NCBI GenBank assembly: GCA_951406725.2 | Contig: OX597814.1 | Span: 208,878,001 to 208,942,000, forward strand | Origin: Octopus vulgaris | Taxonomy: Eukaryota | Direction: 5' to 3' | Length of the DNA stretch: 64,000 nucleotides | In this document: one piece after another, positions 49,860 to 62,628 of the stretch | How positions within the stretch are numbered: the stretch's first letter is position 1 | Layout: each line of letters begins with the position of its first letter | Position numbers and translations under genes: made by a program | Notes under the pieces: generated by a model | Database searches by the model: none | Seen by the model: only the letters and a program-made list of their open reading frames with translations | What the model was told of the DNA's origin: nothing

Positions 49860-50290
49860 CCTTGTTGTTAGCACTGCAATATCCCTACAAATAAAGCTAA
49901 TGCTGCATGTCCTATCACTGGCACTGCAGTGTTACCATGATCATGTTGATATTTAATGTCCTGTTTCATAGTGCCATTGCAACGTCACTATCAATCAATT
50001 TGACATTTCATGTTGCACAATTGACACTGCAACATCCCTTTGATTAAAGTGACAATTGACACAATGTCATTGACTCTAATGTTACAATGAGTTGGAACTT
50101 GATGTCTTGTCATTGACATTTCACTCTAGTCATGAACCAAGTTGACACTCCATATAGTATTGACACTCTACCGTTACTTTGAGAAAGTTGGCAGTTCATG
50201 ACTTGTCATTGACACCACAATGTCTCCATGACCAAATTGACTAGTTATGTTTTGGTAGATACTGCAGGACCTTTAACTCATCAATGACCA
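49860..50290. repeat. highly degenerate ~48-50-bp minisatellite, about 8-9 units
   Basis: Approximate consensus TCATTGACACTGCAATGTCACCATGACCAAGTTGACATTCCATGTCTTG recurs with substitutions. Confidence 0.65.
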
Positions 50291-50339
50291 AATCCAAGAA
50301 GCTGGAATTTGTTTTCTGTGCATGCAGCAGTACTATATA

Positions 50340-50570
50340 TTTCTTTATTGCCCACAAGGAGCTAAAAACAGAGGGGACAAACAAAGACAGACAAAGGGAT
50401 TAAGTCTACTACATCGACCCCAGTGCGTAACTGGTACTTTATTTATCGACCCCGAAAGGATGAAAGGCAAAGTCGACCTCGGCGGAATTTGAACTTGGAA
50501 CGTATCAACAGACGAAATACAGCTACGCATTTCGCCCAACGTGCTAACGTTTCTGCCAGCTCGCCGCCTT
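50340..50570 (-). mobile_element. SINE family B
   Basis: Family match. Confidence 0.88.
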
Positions 50571-51126
50571 AACTCGCACTGCTGTTGGAATAAAATCCTC
50601 CTCTCCTCCAGGAGAGAAAGATTTTATTCCAACAGAATTTGAACATAGGATGAGGGAGCAATTTATCCCTCATCTGTTTAAAGCTAAATGTAGAGCCCTT
50701 GTACAGAATATACAATAACATTATAAAACATTCTCTTATGTGATTACCTTTAGATTATAAATGTAGAAGCATTGAAAAATATGTAAATAAACTATCTAGC
50801 TGTAGATTGAAGCAAATGCAGCTATGAAAAAATAGTTTATAATATATCAGATTAAAAAACTGCTTGAATGGAAAAAAGAAAAAACATCCCCAAAAAGCTG
50901 AAAGCTACGCATGGGACTTGAACTACACATAGTATTTTTGTATTAAAATGCCGTTTTGGTATCATGACAATTGAGAAGAAATGTAATACATTTTTCAATG
51001 TGTGAAAAGTATTTTAAGTCTGGTGGAAACACTAAGGCTGGGGCGAAGTCAGTATACAAAACCTTCAGCCCCCAAATCCAACTTTTCAATTTATTGCATA
51101 CCCAACTCCAACACTATTCAAAGTAT

Positions 51127-51507
51127 AGGTGCAGCTGTGTGGTAAGAAGTTTGATTCTCAGCATCATGGTTTCAGGTTCAATCCCACTTTGTGGCACCTT
51201 GAGCAAGTGTCTTCTACTATAGCCTCAGGAGTGGATTTGGTAGATGGAAACTGAAAGAAGCCTAGACACCAACCGATCGTGGCTGTTTGCCAGCCTCCTC
51301 TGGCCCCTGTGCCGGTGGCATGTAAAAAGCTCCCACTACACTCACAGTGTGGTTGGTGTTAGGAAGGGCATCCAGCTGTAGAAACACTGCCAGATCAGAC
51401 TGGAGCCTGGTGCAGCCTCCTGGCTTCTCGGACCCTGATTGAACCGTTCAGCCCATGCTAGCATGGAAAACGGACGTTAAATGATGATGAAGATGATGAT
51501 GATGATG

Positions 51508-51539
<32 letters not shown>

Positions 51540-51740
51540 CCAGCCCCACAACTTGGCAACTGGTGTTGGTGTGTTTATGTTCCTGTCACTTAGCGGTTCA
51601 ACAAAAAATACTGATAGAATAAGTACCAGGCTTTAAAAAAAAATATATACTGGGGGTCGATTTATTCGACTAAAATCCTTCAAGGCAGTGCTCCAGCATG
51701 GCCGTGGTCTAATGACTGAAACAAGTCAACGATAAAAGAT
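51127..51740 (+). mobile_element. SINE family A with nested RTE 3'UTR fragment (~51265-51507)
   Basis: SINE head and tail separated by UTR-family sequence ending in (GAT)n. Confidence 0.8.
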
Positions 51741-52342
51741 AGTATCACCAACACCATCTCCTTGTTTCATGGTATCACCAACTCTAACTTCTCAGTTTGT
51801 AATTAGACTTCTCACGTGTTTTTTTTATATTGATTGAAAGCACATAACATTCAGAGATATTGTAAACTATCAGGTTAGTTTTTAATACCCTAACCTGTAA
51901 AAATTTGGGTTTAAAGGCTATAGCTTTGCCTTTGTAGCATTTTTGTTTTGTATTATTCGTTAAAGAATTTACAAACAATTAAGCATACAACAAAAAAAAA
52001 CACAGAAAATTAAAATAAAAAAAAAAAGAGGCTGTTTTTATCAAAAGGCTACAAAGTGAAAAGGATATCAAAGAAATCAACTATAAAAATACTATAAAAA
52101 GAAAATCAGGAACATCTCTGTTTACCATTTCAAAAATTGTCAAGTACATCAAAGTTAAAACTGAAAAAAAGTGAACACCTAAAGCAACTTAACAAATGAC
52201 CATTTAAAAGAAATAAACTCAATTAGATACATAACCCTTCCTTTTAAAGATTAAAGCATTGTTTGAATATAAAATTTAAGTGGATGTAACATGAAAGATT
52301 ATGTTAAATGAGATGATACATATATATATATATATATATATA

Positions 52343-53260
52343 TAGGCGCAGGAGTGGCTGTGTGGTAAGTAGCTTGTTTACCAACCACATGGTTCTGGGT
52401 TCAGTCCCACTGCGTGGCATCTTGGGCAAGTGTCTTCTACTATAGCCTCGGGCCAACCAAAGCCTTGTGAGTGGATTTGGTAGACGGAAACTGAAAGAAG
52501 CCCGTTGTATATATGTATATATATATGTGTGTGTTTGTGTGTCTGTGTTTGTCCCCCTAGCATTGTTTGACAACCGATGCTGGTGTGTTTACATCCCCGT
52601 AACTTAGCGGTTCGGCAAAAGAGACCGATAGAATAAGTACTGGGCTTACAAAAGAATAAGTCCTGGGGTCGATTTGCTCGACTAAAAAGGCGGTGCTCCA
52701 GCATGGCCACAGTCAAATGACTGAAACAAGTAAAAGAGAAAGAGAGAAAGAGAGATATATATATAGGCGCAGGAGTGGCTGTGTGGTAAGTAGCTTGTCT
52801 ACCAACCACATGGTTCCGGGTTCAGTCCCACTGCGTGGCACCTTGGGCAAGTGTCTTCTACTATAGCCTCGGGCCGACCAAAGCCTTGTGAGTGGATTTG
52901 GTAGACGGAAACTGTATGTGTGTGTGCATATGTATATAATTTCATCTCTTGTATTTATTGTATATTAACATAGCAAGTCCATAAAAGATGTTATCTCTGG
53001 ACAAATATTGCTGTAACTGGGCCATCAACAGTGTATATACATTAAATATGACACACAAAAGGTTATTTTATGTGAATACTGCCTCATTTGCATATATCAG
53101 ATAGGCGCAGAAGTGGCTGTGTGGTAGCTTGCTTACTAACCACATGGTTCCGGGTTCAGTCCCATTGCATGGCACCTTGGGCAAGTGTCTTCTACTATAG
53201 CTTCAGGCCGACCAAAGCCTTGTGAGTGGATTTGGTAGACAGAAACTGAAAGAAACCCAT
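52343..53260 (+). mobile_element. SINE family A cluster: full copy 52343-52745, head-only copies 52765-52915 and 53103-53260
   Basis: Family match. Confidence 0.88.
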
Positions 53261-53619
53261 CACCTTGTATCTCTTCTACAGCAAGACACCTAATTCTGTC
53301 CCTCTATTATAGTTTATCCCCTCAGTTGAGGAATCTTTGTTTTGCAAGTTACTTGGTGACCTTTCTGGTGCTGGTGTCGTGCAAAAAGCATCCAATATAC
53401 TCTGTAAAGTGATTAGCATAAGGAAGGGCATCCTGTTATAGAAGAAGCCATGCCAAAGCTGCCTGCAGAGCTTGGTGTAGCCGTCTTGCTTGCCAGCTTC
53501 TGTCAAACCATCCAATCCATTCCAGCATGGAAAACGATGGGCCTCTTGAGGGCCTCTTGAAATTATATGGTTGGGAAGCAAACTTCTTAACACACAATCC
53601 TACTTGTGCCTACAATATA

Positions 53620-54001
53620 TCTCTCTCTATATAAAGCTGAAGTTGTCTGTGTATGGCAGGTTTGGTAACACTATCTCCTCTGAAACCCTGTGGTGTAAGT
53701 TGACCAAAATTGAGAGTATGATAGAAGAAGGCTTGCTCTTCATTCCATAGAAGATAAAATTCAAATTGGACCATGTTAAGACCAAAAATTATTTACATCA
53801 AAAAGGTGCTTTTTTTTCTATGAAATTCCCTATTTTTTACAATTTTTGGACTGGTGTATTGCCATTTTTCGGGTTATTTCAACCAGAAAAATGTTCACTT
53901 AAAGAGAATAACAAGCTACAGAATGTAAAATTTTTACTTTTCAAAAATTCCAATTCTAAAGGGTCGAAACAAACCCGAGCAACGCCGGGCGATACTGCTA
54001 G
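53620..54001 (+). mobile_element. non-autonomous Helitron
   Basis: A|TC start; CCCGAGCAACGCCGGG hairpin; CTAG|T end. Confidence 0.82.
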
Positions 54002-54944
54002 TATGTATATATATATACATATGGATGTCTGTTGAACTTGTTTCCCTATTAATATGCTGACCAAAATAGACATAATATAGAAACTAGGAAAGAAAAAAGA
54101 CTAAATGAAACAAAATTGTTTGTTTATAATACAGTTGTCAAAACATGCAAAATATTTCTAATGCATCAATCAGAACAAGATTTTTGCAGAGGAGATTTAA
54201 CAGTGATTGATACAAACATAACACAACAATTGAGAAACAAGGAGAGAAAAAAAACGAAGTAAAGTAAGTGAAATGACATGTCTTATAAATGCTAAAACAA
54301 GCAAGAATGGGAGAAAATATTTAAAGAAATATGATTTCTTTTATATAGGAAAGGAATTTTCTCATAAAACAGCTGGGGGCTTAGATGCATTAGAGCAAAG
54401 TGATTAGTTTGGTCTTTTAAAAATAATTTTCAAATCAAGGCAAATTTAGCCAAAATTTTTAATCACTTGCATCAGTGAAATCCTAATATCACTTTTAGTT
54501 TTAAAAATGAGTTAAAATCAATATGAGCCATGAAAATATTAAAATTTCAGCTTTTCAGTTGACTTTTCAATATTGTTTTTGCATAATGCAAATGTAGTTG
54601 CGAAAAAAAAAACAAAAATGTAAATTGAATAAAATGAAGTCAAAATTTTCTTTATTAGTTATTAAAATTTAGTAGGTAATTTGATCAATTATGGAAGAAA
54701 GCATAAAGAAGTTCACATTATGAGTTGCTGCTTAGCCCCAGGTCAACTCGGTTTGAACAGAACTATGATCAAATGGGGTCCCACCATCTTTTCTGTATTT
54801 TCGAGATTACACTGTCCATTGCATCCTGATTTCTTTAAGACAGTTGGTGTGATTTGAAGAAGTTTCATTGCTGTTTCTAGCAAGCTGAGTGATCATGTAG
54901 AGGCTATTCTGTTTGCTTGTCCTTTATGAGTTCTATGTAGTATT

Positions 54945-55151
54945 CTTTTACTCTTTCACTTGTTTCAGTCATTTCGATTGCGGCCATGCTGGAGCACCGC
55001 CTTTTAGTCGAGCAAATCGACTCCCAGGACTTATTCTTTGTAAGCCTAGTACTTATTCTATCGGTCTCTTTTGCCGAACTGCTAAGTAACGGGACGTAAA
55101 CGTACTAGCATTGGTTGTCAAGCGATGTTGGGGGGACAAACACAGACACAC

Positions 55152-55192
<41 letters not shown>

Positions 55193-55317
55193 ATCCAAAC
55201 AAGAAAACCCCAAAAACAACAACGCGAGGACGTGGAACAAATTAGTATTACTGTATCGCTTCAGGAAAGAAGGAGGGTTCTTTCCCAGTTTGTATTTTTT
55301 TACATAAACATATAGAA

Positions 55318-55352
<35 letters not shown>

Positions 55353-55527
55353 GGTACACATGAGGTCAGGCTTCTTTCAGTTTTCGTCTACCAAATCCAC
55401 TCACAAGGCTTTGGTCGGCCCGAGGCTATAGTAGAAGACACTTTCCCAAGGTGCCATGCAGTGGGACTGAACCTGGAACTGTGTGGTTGGTAAGCAAGCT
55501 ACTTACCACACAGCCACTCCTGCGCCT
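54945..55527 (-). mobile_element. SINE family A with an ~130-bp insert in its (TA)n
   Basis: Family match on either side of 55188-55320. Confidence 0.87.
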
Positions 55528-55667
55528 GTACAGTTTATGTTATGGAATATGACATTATACAAACATTGGTGTTAGTAATTCTGTTACTGGCTTAAGTTGT
55601 TGGACTGTGGCCATGTGGGAGCACCATTGCCTTCTAGGTTTTCAGATCATATTGATCATATTGATCG

Positions 55668-55858
55668 TGCTGGTGGCACGTAAAAAGCACCCACTACACT
55701 CACGGAGTGGTTGGCGGTAGGAAGGGCATCCAGCTGTAGAAACACTGCCAGATCAGACTGGACCCTGATGCAGCCTCTTGGCTTCCCAGACCCCAGTCGA
55801 ACCGTCCAACCCATGCTAGCACGGAAAACGGACATTAAACGATGATGATGATGATGAT
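55668..55858 (+). mobile_element. RTE 3'UTR fragment
   Basis: Family match, (GAT)n tail. Confidence 0.85.
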
Positions 55859-55881
55859 TGACTCCAATATTTATTTTAGTA

Positions 55882-57048
55882 CTAGCATTATGACCCATCG
55901 TTGCTGGGTCATAGTGCTAGTGCATGTATATATGTGTATATATATGTGTACATATTACATGTACATCTATATATATACACCTACATACAAAATACAAAGT
56001 TATATCTTGATATCGCTAGTGATAACAATACTTAAAATATATAACAGACTGGAATTGTAAGCTCGTCTCTTGCTATTTTGATCAATTGTATCTTGTCCTC
56101 CCTCTTGTATAGAAGTGTGGCTACAATCCAGCCTACCTCAACTTTGGGGGGCGGGGTTGCATTTTTAATTTTTATCCAGCATGTCCTACGTCCCAGATAT
56201 AAAGGTAAAAATAAAATATTTCCACTTTGCAAGTTTGAGTCGAGTACTCCCTTGCACGCTCCGTTGACTTGAACCTTGCTTCTATTGTGGCGAATTTACC
56301 GCCTCTGGTTAGATATCTTTCATAGTCGTACAAGACACTTTTCGATGGTGCTTCAAAATCTTCTTTTTTCTCTACATTGTATACTTTATAGACAATAGTC
56401 TTTTCTTTAATTTAATTTTTTATTATCCATCTGGACTATTCCATTTCTGCACGCTAATTTTATTTTTAATTTATTCCCATTCATGTGAAACCACTTCTTC
56501 AAGTTCAAGTCATTGATGCAATTTTATACAAATTGCTATTTTTACTTTTGTTATGTTACGATTATATTATACTTTAGTTTGATTTTAATTATTACTTACT
56601 ACATATAATTCAATTGTTATTATTACTTTTATTGTTAAAGTGAAAGTATCTGACATAAAATAGAGAAATGTTTTTGTTTCACTTTTAACACGTAATACTG
56701 AAATAGTGGAGAAGATATGATATTGCTATGGGCTCGCTCTAGGCAAGAAGTTGAACATTTTTTTTGCCCATGAAACTACATGGACCCTAAGTAAGGCATG
56801 TGTAAAATTTCGAATGAAATTGGTTGTGTATTTCTGAAGTTTTAGGGAATCGTAGTGGAGAAGATATGATATTGCTGTGTGCTCGCCCTAGGCAAAAAGT
56901 TCAAAACCTTTTTTGCCGATGACACTCCCCGGACCCTAAGTAAGGCATGTGTAAAATTTGAATGAAATTGGTTGTGTAGTTCTCAAATTTTAGGGAAACA
57001 CACAGACAGACAGACAGACACACATTCTCAGTTTTATATATATAGAGA
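55882..57048 (-). mobile_element. non-autonomous Helitron, ~1.17 kb, with an internal ~150-bp tandem duplication
   Basis: Minus-strand 5' TC; 3' 17-bp hairpin ending CTAG; duplication at ~56703-57000. Confidence 0.75.
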
Positions 57049-57486
57049 TGGTATTTATTTTACTGTATCTGTTTATCAAAATAATCTAGTTACCAAGGGA
57101 TGCAGCTTGATGCATCAGTTTTCACTGGTGTATATATATATATACATGCAAGCAGACTCATTGGTTTTAACAAATATGAGAAAAAGTATGCAATCTCAAA
57201 GGAGAATTTAATAGTTTACATAGGCTAATTCAGTAACCTGTTGCTCTGGAGTTTCCTTTCTTGTGTTGATTTTTCAGACAGGAATAGACTGGATGATGGG
57301 TTGAAATATTACTGCAATGATGAATAGACTTGGACACATGACTGGCTGAATTCACAAGCTGGTTTTTTGACTGGGGGGTCAATCTTGGAAAACCACAAGA
57401 TGAGGAAGTGAGAGAAAGGAATTACTTTGGTAATTCTTCGTATTGATCATCTCTCTTCCTTTCATGCCAAGCAGCCATTAGTCTGC

Positions 57487-57545
<59 letters not shown>

Positions 57546-57586
57546 TGTGTGTGTTAGAGATGGAGGGAGAGAAGAATTATTATTTA

Positions 57587-58014
57587 CCGATGCCAGCACC
57601 GCCTCGACTGGCTTCTGTGCCGGTGGCACATAAAAAGCACCATCCAAACGTGGCCGATGCCAGCACCGCCTCGACTGGCTTCTGTGCCGGTGGCACATAA
57701 AAAGCACCATCTGAACGTGGCTGATGCCAGCACCGCCTCGACTGGCTTCTGTGCCGGTGGCACATAAAAAGCACCAACCGATCATGGCCGGTGCCAGACC
57801 CCTCTGGCACCTGTGCAGGTGGCACGTAAAAAGCACCCACTACACTCGCGGAGTGGTTGGCATTAGGAAGGGCATCCAGCTGTAGAAACAATGCCAGATC
57901 AGACTGGAGCCTGGAGTGCAGCCCCTGGCTCCCCAGACCCCGGTCGAACCGTCCAACCCGTGCTAGCGCGGAAAACGGACGTTAAACGATGATGATGATG
58001 ATGATGATGATGAT
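57587..58014 (+). mobile_element. RTE 3'UTR fragment with 3 x 67-bp modules
   Basis: Modules start at 57587, 57654 and 57721; (GAT)n tail. Confidence 0.88.
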
Positions 58015-58249
58015 GAAGCCTACCTTAACCTCCTGTTCCTCCTACCTTTTTTTCTTTTTCTTTTTGCCCACTTCTCATATCACTTCAGCTGGTGGCCTGT
58101 CATCAGCCTCCACGATTTCTTGTGTGTGTGTGTGTGTGTTTTATCTTTTACTTGTTTCAGTCTTGAGACTGTGGCCATACTGGGGCACAGCTTTTAAGGG
58201 CTTAGTCGAACAAATCAACCCTAATACTTACTTTTTCTTTTCTAAACCT

Positions 58250-58437
58250 GTCGGTGGCACGTAAAAAGCACCCACTACACTCATGGAGTGGTTGGTGTTA
58301 GGAAGGGCATCCAGCCGTAGAAACATTGCCAGATCAGACTGGGCCTGGTACAGCCTTCTGGCTTCCCAGACCCCAGTTGAACCGTCCAACCCATGCTAGC
58401 ATGGAAAGCGGATGCTAAATGATGATGATGATGATGA
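58250..58437 (+). mobile_element. RTE 3'UTR fragment nested in an old family A SINE
   Basis: Family match; SINE halves on both sides. Confidence 0.8.
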
Positions 58438-59189
58438 TATAGTCTTTTGGTTTTTTTTTTTTGCTAAACCACTAAGTTATGGAGACATAAACAAACCATC
58501 AGAAGTTGTCAAGAAATGGTGGAGGATAAACACACACACACACACACACACGTGTATGTATTACATAATCAACCAGACTATCAGATGTTATACATCGCTG
58601 GTCACAATGCATTTTGCATTGTTTTAGCTTTTGAATGATGCCACCCTGTTGGCTAAGTGAGCAGGCCAACACTCCTCCAAACCAGAAGATTAGTTCATTG
58701 CAAGGTTACCCTTTTACATCTGAGTGGACTGGAGCAATGTGAAATGAAGTGTTTTGCTCAAGAACACAATGCACCACCTGCTCTGGGAATTGAAACCACG
58801 ATCTAGCAATTGGGAGTGCAACATCCTAACCACGAGGCCATATGCCCTTGTATGTGCGCACACACACACGCACGCACGCATGCACACACACACACACACA
58901 CACACATACAAAATGGGTTTCTTTTAGTTTCTGTCTACCAAATCCACTAACAAAGCTTTGGTAGGCCTGGAGCTATAGTAGAAGGCACTTGCCTAAGGTG
59001 CCATGCTGTGGGTCTGAATCTGAAACTTACTCCTATAAGTCACACCTGTACCTCTAAGCTATACCTGTGCCTATTTTTCTGTTTCATCGTTATCTGTCTA
59101 TTTTCCCCTCATCTTCCTTTAGTTCTCTCCTTCCTTTTTTCTATAATTTCTGTGTAAACTAACAATTTTATCTGAGCATGCATACACAC

Positions 59190-59596
59190 TCTACTCTTTT
59201 ACTTGTTTCAGTCATTTGACTGCGGCCATGCTGGAGCACCGCCTTTAGTTGAGCAAATTGACCCCGGGACTTATTTTTTGTAAGCCCAGTACTTATTCTA
59301 TCGGTCTATTTTGCCGAACCGCTAAGTGATGGGGACGTAAACACACCAGCATCGGTTGTCAAGCAATGCTAGGGGGACAAACACAGACACACAAACATAT
59401 ACACACACACTTATATATATATATACATATATACGACAGGCTTCTTTCAGTTTCCGTCTACCAAATCCACTCACAAGGCATTGGTCGGCCCGGGGCTATA
59501 ACAGAAGACACTTGCCCAAGATGCCACGCAGTGGGACTGAACCCGGAACCATGTGGTTGGTTAGCAAGCTACTTACCACACAGCCACTCCTGCGCC
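59190..59596 (-). mobile_element. SINE family A
   Basis: Full-length family match. Confidence 0.9.
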
Positions 59597-59659
59597 ACGT
59601 GTATGTGTTTATTGTATGTATACACATGCTGCTAGCTGTTTTCATGCTCTTGCTTGATG

Positions 59660-60040
59660 GAGCTAGGGTCATTCCAAGTTTAGTGGTCTCAGAGGCATCA
59701 TCATGCATAGAGCTGGCCAGGTCCATCAGTGCTCTCCATCACTGGCAGTCTCGTGCCAGCCCCTCTGCATCCTTCAAGGTGATGTCGAGCCTCTGTGAAT
59801 CTTCACTAATCATGTCTAGCCATCTGGTGTGGAGCTTGCCATGAGGCCTCTTCCAGCCCACAGATGCTGTGTTGATTGAGAGTAAAGCCCTGGTAGGATG
59901 ATCTAGTGGGAGACGGAGGACATGTCCGTATCAGCGCATGTGATGGATAGCTATGAGGTAGGAGACTGCTGGCTGATACATGCATGCAATTCTTTCTTGG
60001 AAGCATGATGGCACTATCTAATGTTCTTGAAACCATTAAT
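59660..60040 (-). mobile_element. old RTE ORF C-terminal fragment
   Basis: YGHVLRLPLDHPTRALL...WKRPHGKLHTRWLDMI...WRALM. Confidence 0.7.
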
Positions 60041-60129
60041 CCTTTTAGCCAGGGTCTTTGAAAGGGGCCAGTTTTCTGTTCTATAGAATGTTTTTGGATA
60101 TGTATTTGTGTATGTGTTTTATATATATA

Positions 60130-60513
60130 TCATCATCATCATCATCATCATCATCATTTTGCATCTGCTTTCCATGCTAGCATGGGTTGGATGGTTTGAC
60201 TGAGGACTGGCGAGCCAGATGGCTGCACCAGGCTCCAATCTGTTCTGGCAGAGTTTCTACAGCTGGATGCCCTTCCTAACGCCAACGACTCTGAGAGTGT
60301 AGTGGGTGCTTTTACGTGCCATCAGCACAAGGGCCAGTCAGGAGGTACTGGCAATGGCCACGCTCAAATGGTGTTTTTTATGTGCCACCTGCACAGGAGT
60401 CAGTACAGCAGCACTGGCAACGACCTCGCTCGAATGTTTTGTTCATGTGCCATCGGCACAAGTGTCAGTAACGCAATGCTGGTAACGATCACACTCAAAT
60501 GGTGCTTTTTACG

Positions 60514-60517
<4 letters not shown>
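60130..60517 (-). mobile_element. RTE 3'UTR fragment
   Basis: Family match, (CAT)n tail. Confidence 0.82.
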
Positions 60518-60556
<39 letters not shown>

Positions 60557-60639
60557 TATATTTATACCATGTTATTTATGTGCACTTATATTGCAGATTC
60601 AGCCAAGCATGTTCACTTCATTTTTTTTTTCCAGTTTAT

Positions 60640-60830
60640 CAAGTCCTCTGTATTCAGGATTGCAGTTCCAACACAAATGTCACAGAATCTGCCTATCACT
60701 CTAAAGGAAACAACCTTTGTTGCCAGCAGCAGCAGTACCTCTCTGAACGTTCTCCAACCCATTCTTCTTCTAGCTGTTATACTTTTAGAGCAACCATCCT
60801 CCCTACATATTACATCTCCTGTGAGCCATC
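60640..60830 (-). mobile_element. RTE ORF fragment
   Basis: GDVICREDGCSKSITARRRMGWRTFREVLLLL resembles the RTE segment after the YLG motif. Confidence 0.7.
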
Positions 60831-61104
60831 TTGGCATTTAAGCTAATCTATTTCTGCTGTACTTATAGTATGTATTGCTGCAGTGCATCGATCACATATG
60901 AAGCTCATGTTCTGTTAGTCTTAAATGGGTATGTTTAAGACTAAAAGTCGAGGAAAGCTATTTCCTTGAAGATAGCCAGGTCTAGTCTTTTTCCTACTTA
61001 TTAAAACCTGTGCCTTTTGCTTAGTTTGCCTTAATACCTCTTGATTCTAAGTTTTGCTTAAAACTTGCGGAAGAGGGAGAACCAGAAAGACATGGGACAA
61101 AATA

Positions 61105-61511
61105 CTCTTTACTCTTTTACATGTTTCAGTCATCTGACTGCGGCCATGCTGGAGCACCGCCTTTAGTCGAGCAAATCGACCCCGGGATTTATTCTTTGTA
61201 AGCCCAGTACTTATTCTATCGGTCTCTTTTTGCCGAACCGCTAAGTGACGGGGACGTAAACACACAAGCATCGGTTGTCAAGCAACGCCAGGGGGACAAA
61301 CGCAGACACACAAACATATACACACACATACATATATATACATATATACGACTGGCTTCTTTCAGTTTCCGTCTACCAAATCCACGCACAAGGCATTGGT
61401 CGGTCCGGGGCTATAGCAGAAGACACTTGCCCAAGATGCCACGCAGTGGGACTGAACCCGGAACCATGTGGTTGGTTAGCAAGCTACTTACCACACAGCC
61501 ACTCCTGCGCC
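61105..61511 (-). mobile_element. SINE family A inserted in an RTE C-terminal fragment
   Basis: Family match; the flanks join as CGRGRTRKTWDKIL|KTNFKML. Confidence 0.88.
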
Positions 61512-62279
61512 TGAAGACCAATTTCAAGATGCTGAGCCTTATGAAGGAGATGACAAAGGAGCGAGATATGTGGCACCTTGCTGTACTCAAGAAGACCCAG
61601 CCACCATATTAGAATTGATACCCTAAACCACTTGGGTTAATGCCTGTCTGGGAGGAACTCTGCCCTACATCCACCAGCATCCTCTGTACCCCATCAACCA
61701 TTTCCCCCCATTTTTCATCCCCACAAGACCCATCACATCTCTATCACCTGAGAGCAAAATAGGTGCATGCTACGACCCCCTACTTTCTCAGTTACCTCCT
61801 TCCCCACCCTGGACCTCTTCCATCTCCCATTATCTTCTCCCATCTACTGTTTCCACCTGTCACCTGCTTTCTGTGCCTTTTTCCCCCCCTCTGTTGTTCT
61901 CCACCATTAACACCTTGCTTATCTGCTTTCGCCTTCAATGCCCTCATACACCTACCTCAACCCCTGACCCTGAGCCTGTTCTATATTTCACTCCATAATT
62001 TCCCTCAGTCACTTCTATCCCACCCAGTCCAAACCTCTTTATCACCCCACTTATTCTCACCACCCTCAATGTCCCTTGAGGTCATGTCCCAACTTCTTAG
62101 TCATCATCTCTCTCGCTATTGCTCTCTTTATCATACTCTCTAACTCACCTTCCTTTTTCTTTCAACAGGTGTGTTCATGTATCTACTCTACATGACACCT
62201 ATCCCCGTCCCTCTATACCTCTAATCTCTCATCAACTGGTACAAAAAGCCACCCCCACCCTTACTATCACTCTGTCCTC

Positions 62280-62560
62280 CCGGCCGAGGATTTTTTTGCC
62301 TGTAAGTTACTTGGTGACCCTGTTGATGCAGGTGCTATGTAAAAAGTACTGGTGCTGTTGTCATATAAAAGCATTGATGCTGGTGCCACAAAAAAAGCAC
62401 CTGATGTTCTTTGTAAAGTGATTGGTATCAGGAAGGGCATCTGGCCATAGAGACAAAGCCAAAACTGACTATGGAGCCTGGTGCAGTTCCTGGTTTTACC
62501 AGCTCCTGTCAAACTGTCGAACCCATGCCAGCATGGAAAACTGATGTTAAATGTTGATGA
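62280..62560 (+). mobile_element. old RTE 3'UTR fragment
   Basis: AGGAAGGGCATCTGGC and AACCCATGCCAGCATGGAAAA motifs. Confidence 0.7.
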
Positions 62561-62584
62561 GGAAACAATATATGTGTGTGTTTG

Positions 62585-62628
<44 letters not shown>

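Noticed and set aside
61763-62143. 126-aa Pro/Leu/Ser-rich ORF
   Set aside because: Pyrimidine-rich low-complexity tract that naturally lacks stops; no recognisable domain.
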